From: Eledone cirrhosa
Taxonomy: Eukaryota
Length of the DNA stretch: 64,000 bases
Direction: 5' to 3'
NCBI GenBank assembly: GCA_964016885.1
Contig: OZ024743.1
Span: forward strand, 150,412,001-150,476,000
The position numbers and the translations under genes are program-made. The notes under the pieces are model-generated. The model worked only from the letters and a program-made list of their open reading frames with translations. It was not told the origin of the DNA and searched no databases. Of this stretch, positions 25,578-37,979 are shown one piece after another; within the stretch, counting starts at the first letter, position 1, and the number at the start of each line of letters is the position of its first letter.

Positions 25578-25618
25578 GCTCTTACACATGTTTCGACCAT
25601 AAGGAGTCGTCGGAGGCA
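25578..25618 (-). ncRNA. Decayed hammerhead-like motif
   Basis: GCCT CCGACGA CTCCTTATGGTC GAAAC ATGT GT A AGAGC; U4 changed to C and stems imperfect; sits in a ~100-bp island between (TA)n tracts. Confidence 0.4.
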
Positions 25619-26009
25619 TATATATATATTCTATACATAGGTTATTCAATAATTGGTTTATTACTGGAAGTGGGATCAATGCGAGCACTCTGTGCTAAAG
25701 TACAGTGTATATATTAAGTTTGATATGACAAGGTTTCACTTCACCTTATATTGATTGCTCCTCAGATGTGTGAACTCATCAAAAACATCTGAAGAGCAGA
25801 TCAACATTGGTGTCAAGTCTATCACATTGATGTAGATCTGCCCATATAAGATCATTGAACCTGCTAGAAATAGTACCTAAATTTCATTCTAATTACAACC
25901 CACTGTTTTGAAAAAGAAGAGATACATTCAATGATGTGCCCCTAGATACCAAATGCTAAAGAGAAGGATGGAATGCTCATGCTTGGATTACAGTTGGGAA
26001 TAGATATTT

Positions 26010-27575
26010 GCTGCCTTGTGTCGGAGACATGTTTCCTAGTAATTCTGGGATGCTGATTTCAAAAAGGAAATCCATTTTGCCCTATCATCTCAAGATTTTT
26101 CACAAACTCAAATGTCCATTTTGCAACATTTCCGGTATTGTCACCATTTCTAAGGATAGATTTGGCTTCATCAAACACAGACCCATGTATGGAGCTTGAC
26201 ATAACTTTGAAAATATAGTCTTTCAATGTCATTTAAAGTAAATGCAACTACAAAAGTGAAAACAAGTCATGATTTAGTTATCTTCAGTAAATAAAAAGCA
26301 TCAAACTTCAGGAACTTTTACTATTTTCAAATGTCATGACGATGACAGAAATGTCCTTTATACAATCAAATGTTAATAAACAACATATTTTTGTGGAATT
26401 TGCTGTATTTGTCTGCAGATATGCCCACACTGTGCTTGATTTAGTGTGACTATCATTGCAAACCAGATGAGACATGTTTTGTTTAACCTTAAACTATTTC
26501 TTATGAAAATTAGTATTTTGAAATTTTGTAATTGTGAGGTCACTTTCAATATTCTGTAATGCTGAAGGAAAACTATGACTGTATGAAAATAGTGCTTGAA
26601 AACATGTAGTATGAGGAGCAAAACTGGACTATATGTGGGGACTTGAAAGTCATTGGATTGCTTCTTGGTCTACAAGATCATTATACCAAGTAACCTTGCT
26701 TTTTGTGTCTTTCAGACAGTAACCACTAGATATGAAAGACATGGCCCGACAGAAGGGAATTCAAAATGGGAGAGAAGAATGTTTTAGGCAGTCTGCTTGT
26801 TAATCCCAGAAAGGTTTTGCTTCTTCCATTCGATATCAATCTTAGGCTGATGAAGCAGTTTGTGAAAGCTTTGGAACAGGCTGGTGACTGTTTCAAATAC
26901 TTAAGCAGAAAGTTTTTAGCCTTGTCTTGTGAGAAATCTCAGATTAGGTGGCTACTGCTGGAAAAGCCCTATTTTGAGACTATGTCTGGCATTGGAAAAA
27001 AAGTGTAGAATACTTTTGCTATGGTTGTATCTGGTTTCCTGGGAAATAGGAAATTGGCCAATTATGAAGAACTTGTGAAGACCCTGTTAACTAGTTTTCA
27101 ACCAATGGGCTGCAACATGAGTATAAAAGTGCATTTCCTGCACAGTCATCTGGACTACTTCCCTAAAAGTCTTGGTACAGTAAGTGACGAGCAATGAGAA
27201 AGATTCTTCCAAGACTGGTGGAACCCCAACATGAAGGCTGACAACTGTTGATGTCTGCAAAAAGACTGTTGCAATACAAGTTATTCACACAAAGCAACAA
27301 AGAGATAGTTCACTCCTTGAGTAGCTGAAACTCTATTTTGACAGAAATATTTATCCTAAGATGTGTTAGTTTCTTATTTCAGTATTGCATTTAATGGCGA
27401 AATTGACATTTCTTTATAAAATAAAATATGAATCCCTGTTTAACAAAAAAAAAAAAAAACAGAACAACACATGATAGAAAATTTCTGAGGACATTTCTGA
27501 ACTCAGTACCAGCAAATTTGGTAGAAACAATTGTAAAGGAACTAGACAACTAAAAACATTTTGGAAATATTCCCC
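26010..27575 (+). mobile_element. Chapaev-3-like (CMC) DNA transposon remnant; ends approximate
   Basis: Decayed transposase motifs WTICGDLKVIGLLLGLQ, LMKQFVKALEQAGDCFKYL, MGCNMSIKVHFLHSHLDYFP..LGTVSDEQ*ERF. Confidence 0.75.
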
Positions 27576-27599
27576 CGTTTATAGGTTTATTCATTCAGT

Positions 27600-28450
27600 G
27601 CTAATATGGGACTAAGTAACAGCAACATGGATGACAAGAATATTTCTAAGTGTTGCAGCTCTGAGAAGGAAACAAATGAGCAAAGTACTGAGTACAGGAT
27701 CTGAAGAAGAAGTGAAAGACTGTAAATATGGCAAAACAGAGTGGGTGATACACTGTAAAGATATGATAAATAAAGAAGGTGAGACATTGAAAGGATGATA
27801 TGAGGAGGAAAGGTAATGAGGCTGAATGTGTTTGGATGGAAAGTATATGCAACAAACTAGTTCAAATACCTGAAGCTGTATAGTATCTATAAAGTATCAG
27901 AGAGAAGATGCAGTGTTTATGTAGGCTAAAGATTATCATTCATTGGTGAATATTACTGCCAATCACCCAACTGACCTTGTTTTAGATGCAGTCGAGAGTG
28001 ATGTTTAGTGTAACAGCAGCACTACTACATATACATGATCAATACTCAAATGTGAGTAAAACTTCAACTGTTTAGAGTTGAAGTATTTTCTAGTCCTGAA
28101 AAGGAATTCTAATTTTGTAATGTAGTTTTGGAAATGTTATATATGTGATGCTGTGATGATAGATCATCAAAGGTTGTGAAAGCTTGCTTATGCTGAAATT
28201 ATATATATTTAGTTGAGTATTTTTCAAGCATAGGCAGTGTGTAGTGCAAGACTGTTTCCTTTATATGAATAATAATTGTGTCTTGGTGCTGTTGAAGATT
28301 AGGTTGTTTTTTATGTTACAGTTGTTGTGATGTGTTTAGAAAGCATATGCTGGGTACCTACATACAGAAAGTGTAAAGTGTGGTATCTACTACAGTGGTG
28401 TGTGTATGATTAGAAATACCAACATGCAGGACCTGAAAGGAATTGTACTT
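27600..28450 (-). mobile_element. Highly decayed CR1/L2-like LINE fragment
   Basis: Minus strand KNNLIFNSTKTQLL near 28265-28315 resembles the post-YADD RT segment. Confidence 0.3.
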
Positions 28451-29192
28451 ATAAATGTTATATGACACAATTTCTCATTTTGCTAGGAAAATACAGTAGC
28501 TGGACAAGTAACAGAGAGAAAAGAAACATTATTTCTGAAGGCTAGTGATTGTAGCTTACTGGTGAGTGAAACCATGCCATGATGCTGAAAATGTTTATAT
28601 GCAAATATCAACATTTGAAAAATATCCTATCTTTGTTTGCATTGGCAATACGTATGGAAATATATCATGGAAAAATGTATGCAAATCAAAAAATGTACAA
28701 ATTACTATAGTTAATGGCAAACACGTTCTTCAAAATATGAGCTCGTAGTTTACAAAGTGACAGGCTGAAATGCCAGGCTCATATAATAAAAGTGAAGTTT
28801 TAAATTAGCAAAACTCAATTTTAAAATCAACATTAAAATATTAAACATTACTGGAAAACTATTTTAACTTTATAATTTATATTTCTTGTTTTTATTTAAT
28901 TTAATTTTTAAAAAAAGTTTCTGAATGATTGACAAGTAACTATATTTCCGAATTTTACCTAATGTACTTTGGTTTTTAATTAAAGGATTTGAAGATTCAT
29001 ACAAAAAAATATATAATGCACATAGACATGTAATTAGACATTTGTTAAACAGTAAATTAACAAAAAATATGTATTCTTCAAATTTTGACTTATTTGTGAA
29101 ATTGCAAATGTAATTTACATCTTTATGTGTGTTTATATTTTATATATATATATGTATATATATATTACTATCACTGTGTGTATATTTGTGAC

Positions 29193-29229
<37 letters not shown>

Positions 29230-32029
29230 CACAAGTACACCAACAGTTATCATTACCACTTTCAACAAACTGCCATCACCATCATAAGTTTCATTACATC
29301 AATTTTACAATTAAGGTTATATGCTGACAGGAGTGATGATGGTTTGGGTGTTATTTTAAGGCCTTACTCTACTTTATGTTTGGAGTCTAGGCAATATTTA
29401 TGTTAGAAATTTAGAATACTAGTTCCCATTCTTCTTTCATAGTTAAGCATTTCTGACGTTATGTCAATATCATATCTAAAAATCTAAAAAAAAATGTCTA
29501 TCACTTTTATTTAACACTTCTTTATATAATTATTGATTCACATACATGGACACATCATCAGTGTTGTATTCTGGAGTCACTGAGTGTTTCAGGTTTTACA
29601 ACCTACATCTTTTTCCCATTGGTTCAAATGAGGTTGATTGAACCTAATGGTATTTTTCTTACCTAACCAGTCACATTTTTTTAGCCAGAGCCATTTAGGT
29701 GCTATTCACCACTTAATCTTGATAGCATTTCTCCATAAGACTAAGTTTTCTACAGACATTACTAAATGAATGACTTGTGAACCCTTGTTTTTTCATCTTT
29801 ACTGGCATGCTTCTGGTCCTCTACCAACTTCTGGTACTTTGCTCTCTTCCTTTCTTATATAGTGTATGTGTGCATTGTAATGTTATATTTTCAGTGAACT
29901 GAATTTACAGTCCAGTTTCATTTCTTAAGTAAAACTATTCTAATCTAAATTGCTAACTCCATTTGCAATGATAACACTGCTTCAATATCCTATTTCCCAC
30001 ATTACCTTAAATCTGAGACCATATGACTTTGTGAAAAACTATTATTCAATACTAGAAACATTCCTTGGTTTAGTTAAGTTATTACTGTTTTCTCTTATGT
30101 CAAATAAATTCATCTCTCTATTTGGTGAATTCTCAACAACTGAAAAATCACACAGCTAGTAAATTGATAGCCATATTGCATACATATACACTTCAATTTA
30201 TAGGTCTGTTTAATCCATGGGAAATATATTTATACATTAATAAGAAAAAATATTTAATATTTGTCCCAATCCCAATCCTAATACTCTCTTTACAAGTTTC
30301 AGTGAAAATCATACAGAAGAAATGTTTATGTTTTATTTAGATTAACATTTATCTTGATACGTTTTTGTTGTTTTTTTCACATTCAGATATTGTTATAAGT
30401 TCCTTTATTTCTATTTATTGCCAACCAGAGAATACTTTATCCTGTAATCTCACCCATATTGATTATAATAGCAATAAAAGGTATATAGTTTGTAATATAA
30501 TTAACTATGCAAAATGATAGAAATGAAAATATATTTAAGAACCTGCTTATAATTTTGGGACTTTAGAGATATAGAATTTCAGTTTTTGATTTTATAAAAA
30601 GGACATTAAAATCAGAAAATATGTAAAAATGTTATATTGCTTTATATTGCAATGAAATTATTGTTGAGAATATGAAGCTATGTTTGAGATATTAAAAATA
30701 CCAATTTAGCTTTAAGTTCGAAATATGGGAACTATTAAAATAAATGCACAAGTGTTAAGAAGGAGAACTTAACATGGTGTTATTTAGTTCTCTAGAGGTT
30801 AATTTATGCATTTTTTGTTTTTTGTTTTTGTTAGTGACATATGCAAGACTAGTGAACATGGCTACAGATTTGATCATTCAACTTAAAAAAACATTGGAGT
30901 TCATGGAAAAAGTGTAGGAATGCAAATTATACATAAACATAAAATTAAATTAAATAATGTTATTGTAAAGATTGGCTAAACATGATAAGTATTCCCAACA
31001 ATATTGTAATATTCTGCATGGTTTAATTTCTTAAATAAATTTTTTTTTTAAAAGGTAAAGAAAAAGTTAGCGGTGGATGACTTGATATGCAAATTTCAGT
31101 TAATATAAAGTTTTAATTCAGTTATGGAGTATTTATATGAAGCCTGTTGAAAATAATTACTGAGGATGGCAGGACTTATTGAGCTTATCTGTGACTATGA
31201 TTAAAATTACATAAAAATAATGACCACTACCATTGTAATATTACTGAGGTGTTAAACTACTGATTTAAGCTAACCAAGATAAAAAGTGCTACCAAAGGGC
31301 ACTTGTAATTTCTTCTTTTAATGATTACTATCATGGGACTACAACCATACTAGGGTACAGCATTTGAATGCTTACTCATTCCCTCCCCCAACACTCGCTC
31401 CCCACCCCTGATACACTTCTCCTGCCTAACCCATGTATGCAAACATGAAAAACTGGACACGCTCCAAATCTGAACTCCGACAATGCTACTGCCACTATAA
31501 AAAAAGAACTAAGTTCCCTGTTGTATGTTGATCTGATGCCACAACAAAAGCACCCAGCCCACTCTGTAAGGTGATAATGCTAGTGTCACAGGAGGCTCCC
31601 AGTATAGTGGTCATATTAGTAACAAGAAAAGAAGCACCCAGTCCACTTGTAAGGTGATCGTACAGGTGACATGAGCAAATGAAGCAAACAGTCTACCATG
31701 TAAGGTGATCATGCTGGTGACACGAAATGAAAACACTGAGTTCATGCTATGTAAGGTGGTCTTCCTGATTACTCAACAAAAAGCATTCAGTCCACCCTGA
31801 GGTGGTCATGCTGGTAACACAACAGAAAAGCACCATAGAAAGGGCATCCAGCCATAGAAACAAAGCTAAAATGCAGATCCATATGAGCAGGATGTGGTCA
31901 CCTGACCTGACTTATCTTATATGACAACCTATCAAACCCATGCAAGCATGGAAACAAAAATGCAATGTGTGCACTTATGTGAGAGATGTCTTGAATATTG
32001 CAATGTTATTGCATATTTAGCAAGGGTGA

Positions 32030-32773
32030 AGCACATTTTATGATGTGAGGATCAGATGTGTGAAGTATTCTAGATTGTGAGACAGTGTGCTAGTAGAAGC
32101 CAAAACATTGTTGAAGAAAAATATATATGAAATGATAATGGTGTATTTGATCTGACTAACACTAAGAAGAAAGAGGCATGGATGTTTTACTCCAAGAGAC
32201 AGTTGAATGAGGAGAATAAATAAGAGAGTGTGGGCCTAACCTATGTAGAACCAACAGAGAGACCAGTCATAAAAGTTGACAGCAGTGTGATAGATAAAGC
32301 AATTAAAGGCATGAAGGTAGAGAAGGCAGCCAGATCATCTGGTATAGTTGCTGAGATACTAAAACATCTGGCATGATAGGTTACTAGCTAGTCAGTTGTA
32401 TAGTTAATCAAGTAGTATAGGATGGTGTCATGCCCAATGCCTGATGCAGCAGTATCATTGTAAACAGCTACAAAAACAAAGCAGATGTACTAGAGGGAGG
32501 TAACTACAGAGGCATCAACTTAATGGACCAGGTCACGAAGTTTATTGAAAGGGTTTTAACACAACTAATTAAGAACAGAATCAAACAAGAAGAAATTTAG
32601 TTCAGCTTTAAATCTTTTTTGTGAGCATGCAAGATAAGTACTTAACCAAATGTAAGCCTCTGTATCTGAGTTTCTTGTGTCTGGAGAAGGATTTTGACAG
32701 GGTCCCCATTCTGTATGGTATGAAGGAAATTAGGTGAAGATGAATCACTCATGAGGGGTATGCAAGTCATAAT
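32030..32773 (+). mobile_element. Old RTE LINE fragment, interrupted by the hAT insertion
   Basis: Decayed NYRGINLMDQVTKFIERV and CLEKDFDRVP, collinear with the RTE at 50927-52803. Confidence 0.8.
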
Positions 32774-33129
32774 CAGCACTGTCGATGACTGTACGTTCGT
32801 ACAAAACTGTACGTTTTGCTCAAAATTTTGATGTGCTGTACGTTTTAGTGATCTTGACATCGGTTTATAAAATTCATGTTTTGATGCATTGATTGAGTGC
32901 TTTTTACCACGCCATATCTGTCATAACGCAGGAATTTTTCTCACAAACTGGTGTAAAAGGTGCATGAATTTTTTTTCAAACGTTTGATAGATTAGATTTA
33001 ATTTTACAGAGCTAATTTATACAACCACGCGGTATCAGTCTGAACACAAAAGCAAAATTCTTATAACCTACAGTGTAAACGGTATGTGATGTTTTTAAGT
33101 TTAATTAATTCAAATAAATCTTATAGAAC

Positions 33130-35223
33130 TGTAGCGAGAGTACTGGGTTGTATGAATGTAACAAGGAATACATTGGTTTGAGTGTATAATATTTAATTGA
33201 CAATGGTAGATAGTATAGTTGACATGTCAAAGAAATAGATGATAGAATGAAACAAAGTTAGTCGTTACCGTTTTGATTGCCAGGCAAACGCGACTGGCAG
33301 AGGACGCCTGGCTAAGGCCAGCCAGGCGCCGGAAGGCCAAATGAGAGGCAGAGCCAAATGAGAGGCAGAGCCAAATGAGAGAGTGAGAACTTAAAGTTGT
33401 TAGTTTTATAGGGTTCTGACCGGAAGTTGCAGAAAGGGTTCTACTTCCCGTCTAGATGTTAATCCAAACAAGGGAGACAACCGCTACATAACCTCCCGCC
33501 AGAATTTTAGTGTATAAAAATCGAAATGAAAATATGTAGCAAGTTGGCGAGAATGTTGTAACAGGCATGAAAATTACGACAAAAGAATGTTTGCAAAAAT
33601 CAATGATAGATATCAAGGTAGCCAACCGCTCTTGGCCAGAGAACGACTGGACATCCATCTATCCATCACCCAAAGATACAATGTAATAAAGTAAGAGAAG
33701 AGCTCAAAGTTCAAATGTACAAAATATAGTTCACAGGTGTGCAATCACATGACAGCAGGAAAGAAAGTGTGTTCCAGAGAATGAATGCAGGTGGTTTCTG
33801 TTCTGTGGTATATCGTGAAATTTCCAACCTCCGAATGGATTTTCTCACAGGGAGAGTGCTGCAAAAATAAATTCTCTGGCTTTGGTTGTTGGTGAAGCTG
33901 TGTTGATGTATTGCTGTTGCTGTTGCTGCTGTATTGCTGTTGCTGTTGCTGCTGCTGTTGTCTCGCTGAGTGAGCGTATTCGGTGTTTAAATTCACAGTA
34001 AAAAAAATTTTTTTTTTTTAGAAAAAATGAGTTGCGCAAAGTGCTAGAAATAGCAGCCGAAGTTGATGGTCGATGTTGAGAATGCGTTGACCTGGAAGGG
34101 TCAAGAGGCCAGCGACCAAAGAAATAAGCATTCTGAATAAATGCGCAGTTTTCAACGGCAAATTTACGTAGTAAATTTTTAAACCGGCAAATAGGAGAAT
34201 ATAGCTTAAGGCTAAAGAATCCTTGGCGAGAAACGTTATCTCTGGCGTGCGACTATCTCTGTGAGTCGAGACATCTCTGTGAGTCGAGAATTTGTGCTGC
34301 CTACACGTGCCAATACAAGGTTGAAAAAATAATATTTCTAACGCGCGAGAAAATGATGGTGCAAGTGTGAAAGTGACAATGATTAAAAAGAAAGGCTTCA
34401 CTCAGCATAATTATTGGTGTGAACTTTGGAAAAAAAAAACTTGAACGATGAAGAAAACGATGAAAAATAAGGCAATGGTTCATCGAAAATAAATGTTCCT
34501 GTTGAAATGTTTTTTTAAAGAATATCAGATTTCTTTTTTTTTTTGTTTTGAAAGAGTTCGTTGTAAGAAACGAGAAACATATATATATCGTGAAATGTTT
34601 TTTATTTTTTTTTGTTTTGAAAGTGTTCGTTGTAAGAAACGAGAATATATATCGTGAAATGCGACAGTTAGTTGATGCGTGAGAGAAAAAGTCTGTCTGA
34701 ATGCGAATTCCACATGTGCGTGTGTCCGTTTCTTTGAGTATTTTCATAGTTTGTCGATAAATTTGCTGTGTATTCGTAATGTTACCCACACAACTCCAGA
34801 ATCTGCTATCTTTTTCTTTTTTCGGGGTGACCACTTATAGCGATGAACGGCTGCGTGTTCGTATCACGTCAGGGTCACCAATGTAGCGAGAGTACTGGGT
34901 TGTATGAATGTAACAAGGAATACATTGGTTTGAGTGTATAATATTTAATTAACAATGGTAGATAGTATAGTTGACATGTCAAAGAAATAGATGATAGAAT
35001 GAAACAAAGTTAGTCGTTACCGTTTTGATTGCCAGGCAAACGCGGCTGGCAGAGGACGCCTGGCTAAGGCCAGCCAGGCGCCGGAAGGCCAAATGAGAGG
35101 CAGAGCCAAATGAGAGAGTGAGAACTTAAAGTTGTTAGTTTTATAGGGTTCTGACCGGAAGTTGCAGAAAGGGTTCTACTTCCCGTCTAGATGTTAATCC
35201 AAACAAGGGAGACAACCGCTACG
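33130..35223 (-). mobile_element. Non-autonomous LTR retrotransposon (CsRn1-type signals) nested in the hAT element
   Basis: LTRs 33130-33488 and 34882-35223 (TGTAGCG...CGCTAC[A/G]); 4-bp TSD GAAC; PBS TGGTGACCCTGACGTGAT (tRNA-Trp); PPT TCTGGCGGGAGGTTA 33489-33503; no recognisable intact internal ORF. Confidence 0.93.
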
Positions 35224-35242
35224 GAACTAACTTGAAGTAGAT

Positions 35243-35716
35243 ATGAGTGATAGAACTGTAAAACGAAAACATTCTTCAGATAACGAACATAAAGCAGCAG
35301 ATAAGAAGAAGGCTAGATGGGCATCGTATGAAAGGAAGCTTTCCTCCAAATTGACGATTCAAGGTTCTTCCTTCACCCCACACAACGATCCAGAAAAATG
35401 TTGGTTTGCTGTCTCACAAGAGAAGTGTGGCGATGAGAACCGTTACCCTCTGCTGTCATCTCTTATGCTTAGTCTTCTTTCTTTACTCCACTCTTCGACA
35501 GCGGCTGAAAGAATTTTCTCTGTTCTCCACTCTATTAAAACAAAGAATCGAAATTGTTTGAAAACTTCCACTCTTAACGCTCTTGTTAGGTCGAAATATT
35601 TGTTACGACATGCCGACTGCACGACGTGGGAGCTTGATGAACATCTTCGCAAAGCATTATTTGAAAAAAATTGGTACAAAAGAGAATCTGCTCAGGAAGA
35701 TGACGTTTCTTTTTGA
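35243..35716 (+). CDS. Truncated hAT transposase: basic N-terminus fused to the C-terminal dimerisation domain
   Basis: RYPLLSSLMLSLLSLLHSSTAAERIFSVLHSIKTKNRNCL motif; open ATG-to-stop, 157 aa. Confidence 0.7.
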   Translation: MSDRTVKRKHSSDNEHKAADKKKARWASYERKLSSKLTIQGSSFTPHNDPEKCWFAVSQEKCGDENRYPLLSSLMLSLLSLLHSSTAAERIFSVLHSIKTKNRNCLKTSTLNALVRSKYLLRHADCTTWELDEHLRKALFEKNWYKRESAQEDDVSF

Positions 35717-35994
35717 TGCCCTTTTGTTTAAATTATCAATAATTGTTGTTAACTTCAAAAATATGTATAAAAAGAGTGTTTTTGATTGTAATTAGGGAAT
35801 TTAGTAACATTCTGTACGTTTTGGTCAGATTCTGTACGTTTTGAAAAAAAATTCTGTACGTTTTGAAAAAAACTTTCGGCAGCGCTGGTCATAATACATA
35901 ATACAGTGCACCTTCTATACTACTCAACTCTAAAGCTTAAATAAAAATAAACATATCTATATTACATACATGTATGGACCTATAATTCTTAAGG

Positions 35995-36230
35995 GAGTCC
36001 TAGGGTGCTATATTGACATACAGCATTTCTAGGGCATTTTTAAACCTGGCAGAGCCCATCTCCTCTTCAGGTCTGAATACAGCAGATTTCTTCCAGAGAA
36101 GGATAGGGAGTGAGAGAAAAGAAGTGAGAAAGAGATATAGAGAAAGAATCGACCCCAGTACTAGACTGGTATTTTTTTTTATCGACCTGAAATGGACGAA
36201 AAGCAAAGTTTACCACATAATACCATACAT
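35995..36230 (-). mobile_element. SINE fragment of the same family as 19051-19390
   Basis: Reverse-complement similarity (CTGGAAGAAATCTGCTGTA...GGGCTCTGCCAGG). Confidence 0.7.
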
Positions 36231-36289
36231 CTGCTGTATTGAGTACACACAAGCACACACATACGAGCATAGCAATTTCAATTTTACAC

Positions 36290-37960
36290 CTGGCATGATT
36301 CTGTACTCTTGGATTATGAGATGCATTATCTTATTTTGTGTTGCATCAAAAGTTGAGCGATTCTTAAGGAAAAGTATGAAAGAGTGGAAGACTGAACTGA
36401 CAGCATATGGACGAGATTTAGTAACAATAGAAATCAAGAGAGGTGTATTCCAAAGGCACAGCCTGTCACCACTGATGTTTGTACTGTGCATGACACCACT
36501 GACTATGATCTTGGAAAAAGCTAAGCTGGGTGTGAATTCAAAGGTCACCAGCCATAAATCAACCACTTATTATTCATGGATGACCTCAAGCTTTACTGTA
36601 AGAATGAATCCCAGCTTGGTTCACTCGTTGATACGGTACATACATTTAGTGCTGACATTAGAATGGAGTTCGGATTAAAAAGGTGTGGTGTATTAATCTT
36701 GAACAGAGCCAAAATTAAAAGCATTGCGGTGTTGGTACTGCCATCAGGAAAAGTTATGAGGCATATAGAAACAGAAGGTTATAAATACTTAGGGATATTG
36801 GAAGTTGATAAGATAATGCAGGAGGAAATTAAAGAAATATTTAAGGTGGAATACATACACAGACTGAGACTTATTCTCAAGTCAAAACTGAATGGACGGA
36901 ATAAAATGAAAGCCATTAATACGTGAGTGATATCAATCCTTAGATATCGGGCAGGGGGTGATCACATGGACAGTGGAAGTGCTAAACAGTTTATACCGAA
37001 AGACAAGAAAGATATTGTCTAGATATGGGGTATTTCACCCAGAGAGTGACACAGACAGAAAAAGAGGAGGAAGAGATTGATAGGGTGCGAAGACAGCATT
37101 AGAACAGAAGATAATAACATGGCGTGGTACATAAAATATTCTACAGAACAGCTATTGTTGGAAATAAGAAGATCTGGGCTGTGCAAAATAGAAGATTGTA
37201 AAGAAAAACAGTGTACAAGCATTTGAAAATGGGCAGAAAAAGAATGTATGGACAATTCCATAGAGATGTTGAAGATAGGACAGACAGAGAAAAAAGGTGT
37301 TTATGGATGACTAAAAGTGATCTAAAACTGGAAACAGAAGCCTTAATCTGTACTGCTCAAGAACAAGCACAAAGAACTAACTACATCAAGCATAGAGAAG
37401 ACAACACAGCAGAAAGTGATAAGTGTAGAATTTGTGACATGAATGGAGAAACTGTATAGTATATTACCAGTCAATACACACCACTAGCTAAGAGTCGTCA
37501 TGACAACATAGCAAGGAGAGTCCATTGGGCACTTTGTGGCAAATATGCACTTGACAGAGCAGAAAAGTGGTACAAACATAACCCTGAGTGCGTAATAAAA
37601 ACTGCTGATGTAAAGATCCTGTGGGACTTTGTGATACAGTGTGACCATGAGATTGAGTATAGGAGACTGGAGATTGTATTAATTGAGAAAGAAAGCAAAC
37701 AGATTTGGATCATAGATATAGCTTGTCTAGGTGATGACAAGGTATGTGATAAAGAAGGAAAAATAATTGATAGATATGACAGGTTAGCTTGGGAGATTAA
37801 GCAGTTGGGGTCACTGACAAAGGTGGTGATAATACCAACAATAGTTGGAGTGCTGGGAACAGTGAGTAAAGATCTTGAGAAGCACATTAAGATAGAAAAC
37901 AGCATTGCTTGGAACAGCTCAAATACTCCAGAGCATACTAAAAATATAAGGAGTGTTGCC
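36290..37960 (+). mobile_element. R4/Dong-like non-LTR retrotransposon (RT + restriction-like endonuclease), decayed
   Basis: RGVFQRHSLSPLMFVLCM, MDDLKLY, YKYLGILE, CRICDMNGETV, RHDNIARRVHW, ILWDFVIQCDH, IIDIAC, KIIDRYDRL. Confidence 0.85.
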
Positions 37961-37979
37961 TCAATTCACAGGTAATGAA

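Larger units (their letters stand above)
32774..35887 (+). mobile_element. hAT DNA transposon, internally deleted
   Basis: Perfect 8-bp TSD GTCATAAT (32766-32773, 35888-35895); imperfect TIR CAGCACTGTCGA / TCGGCAGCGCTG; subterminal CTGTACGTTTT repeats at both ends. Confidence 0.92.

Noticed and set aside
25720-25835. Imperfect hairpin with CTGAGGA...GAAAC...GTC (minus) and CTGAAGA (plus)
   Set aside because: Stems I and II barely pair; at best a very old HHR foldback, so not called.
29560-29860. Possible C-terminal remnant of an RLE (Hero-like) LINE on the minus strand (ERKRAKYQKLVE...WLW)
   Set aside because: Too decayed to support by eye; needs BLASTX.
33745-33996. Poly-Gln ORF inside the non-autonomous LTR element
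   Set aside because: Short, driven by a CAG/CAA repeat, with no recognisable domain.
34845-34880. tRNA-Trp gene
   Set aside because: Only the 3' ~32 nt with encoded CCA, adjacent to an LTR; this is a primer-derived copy, not a gene.
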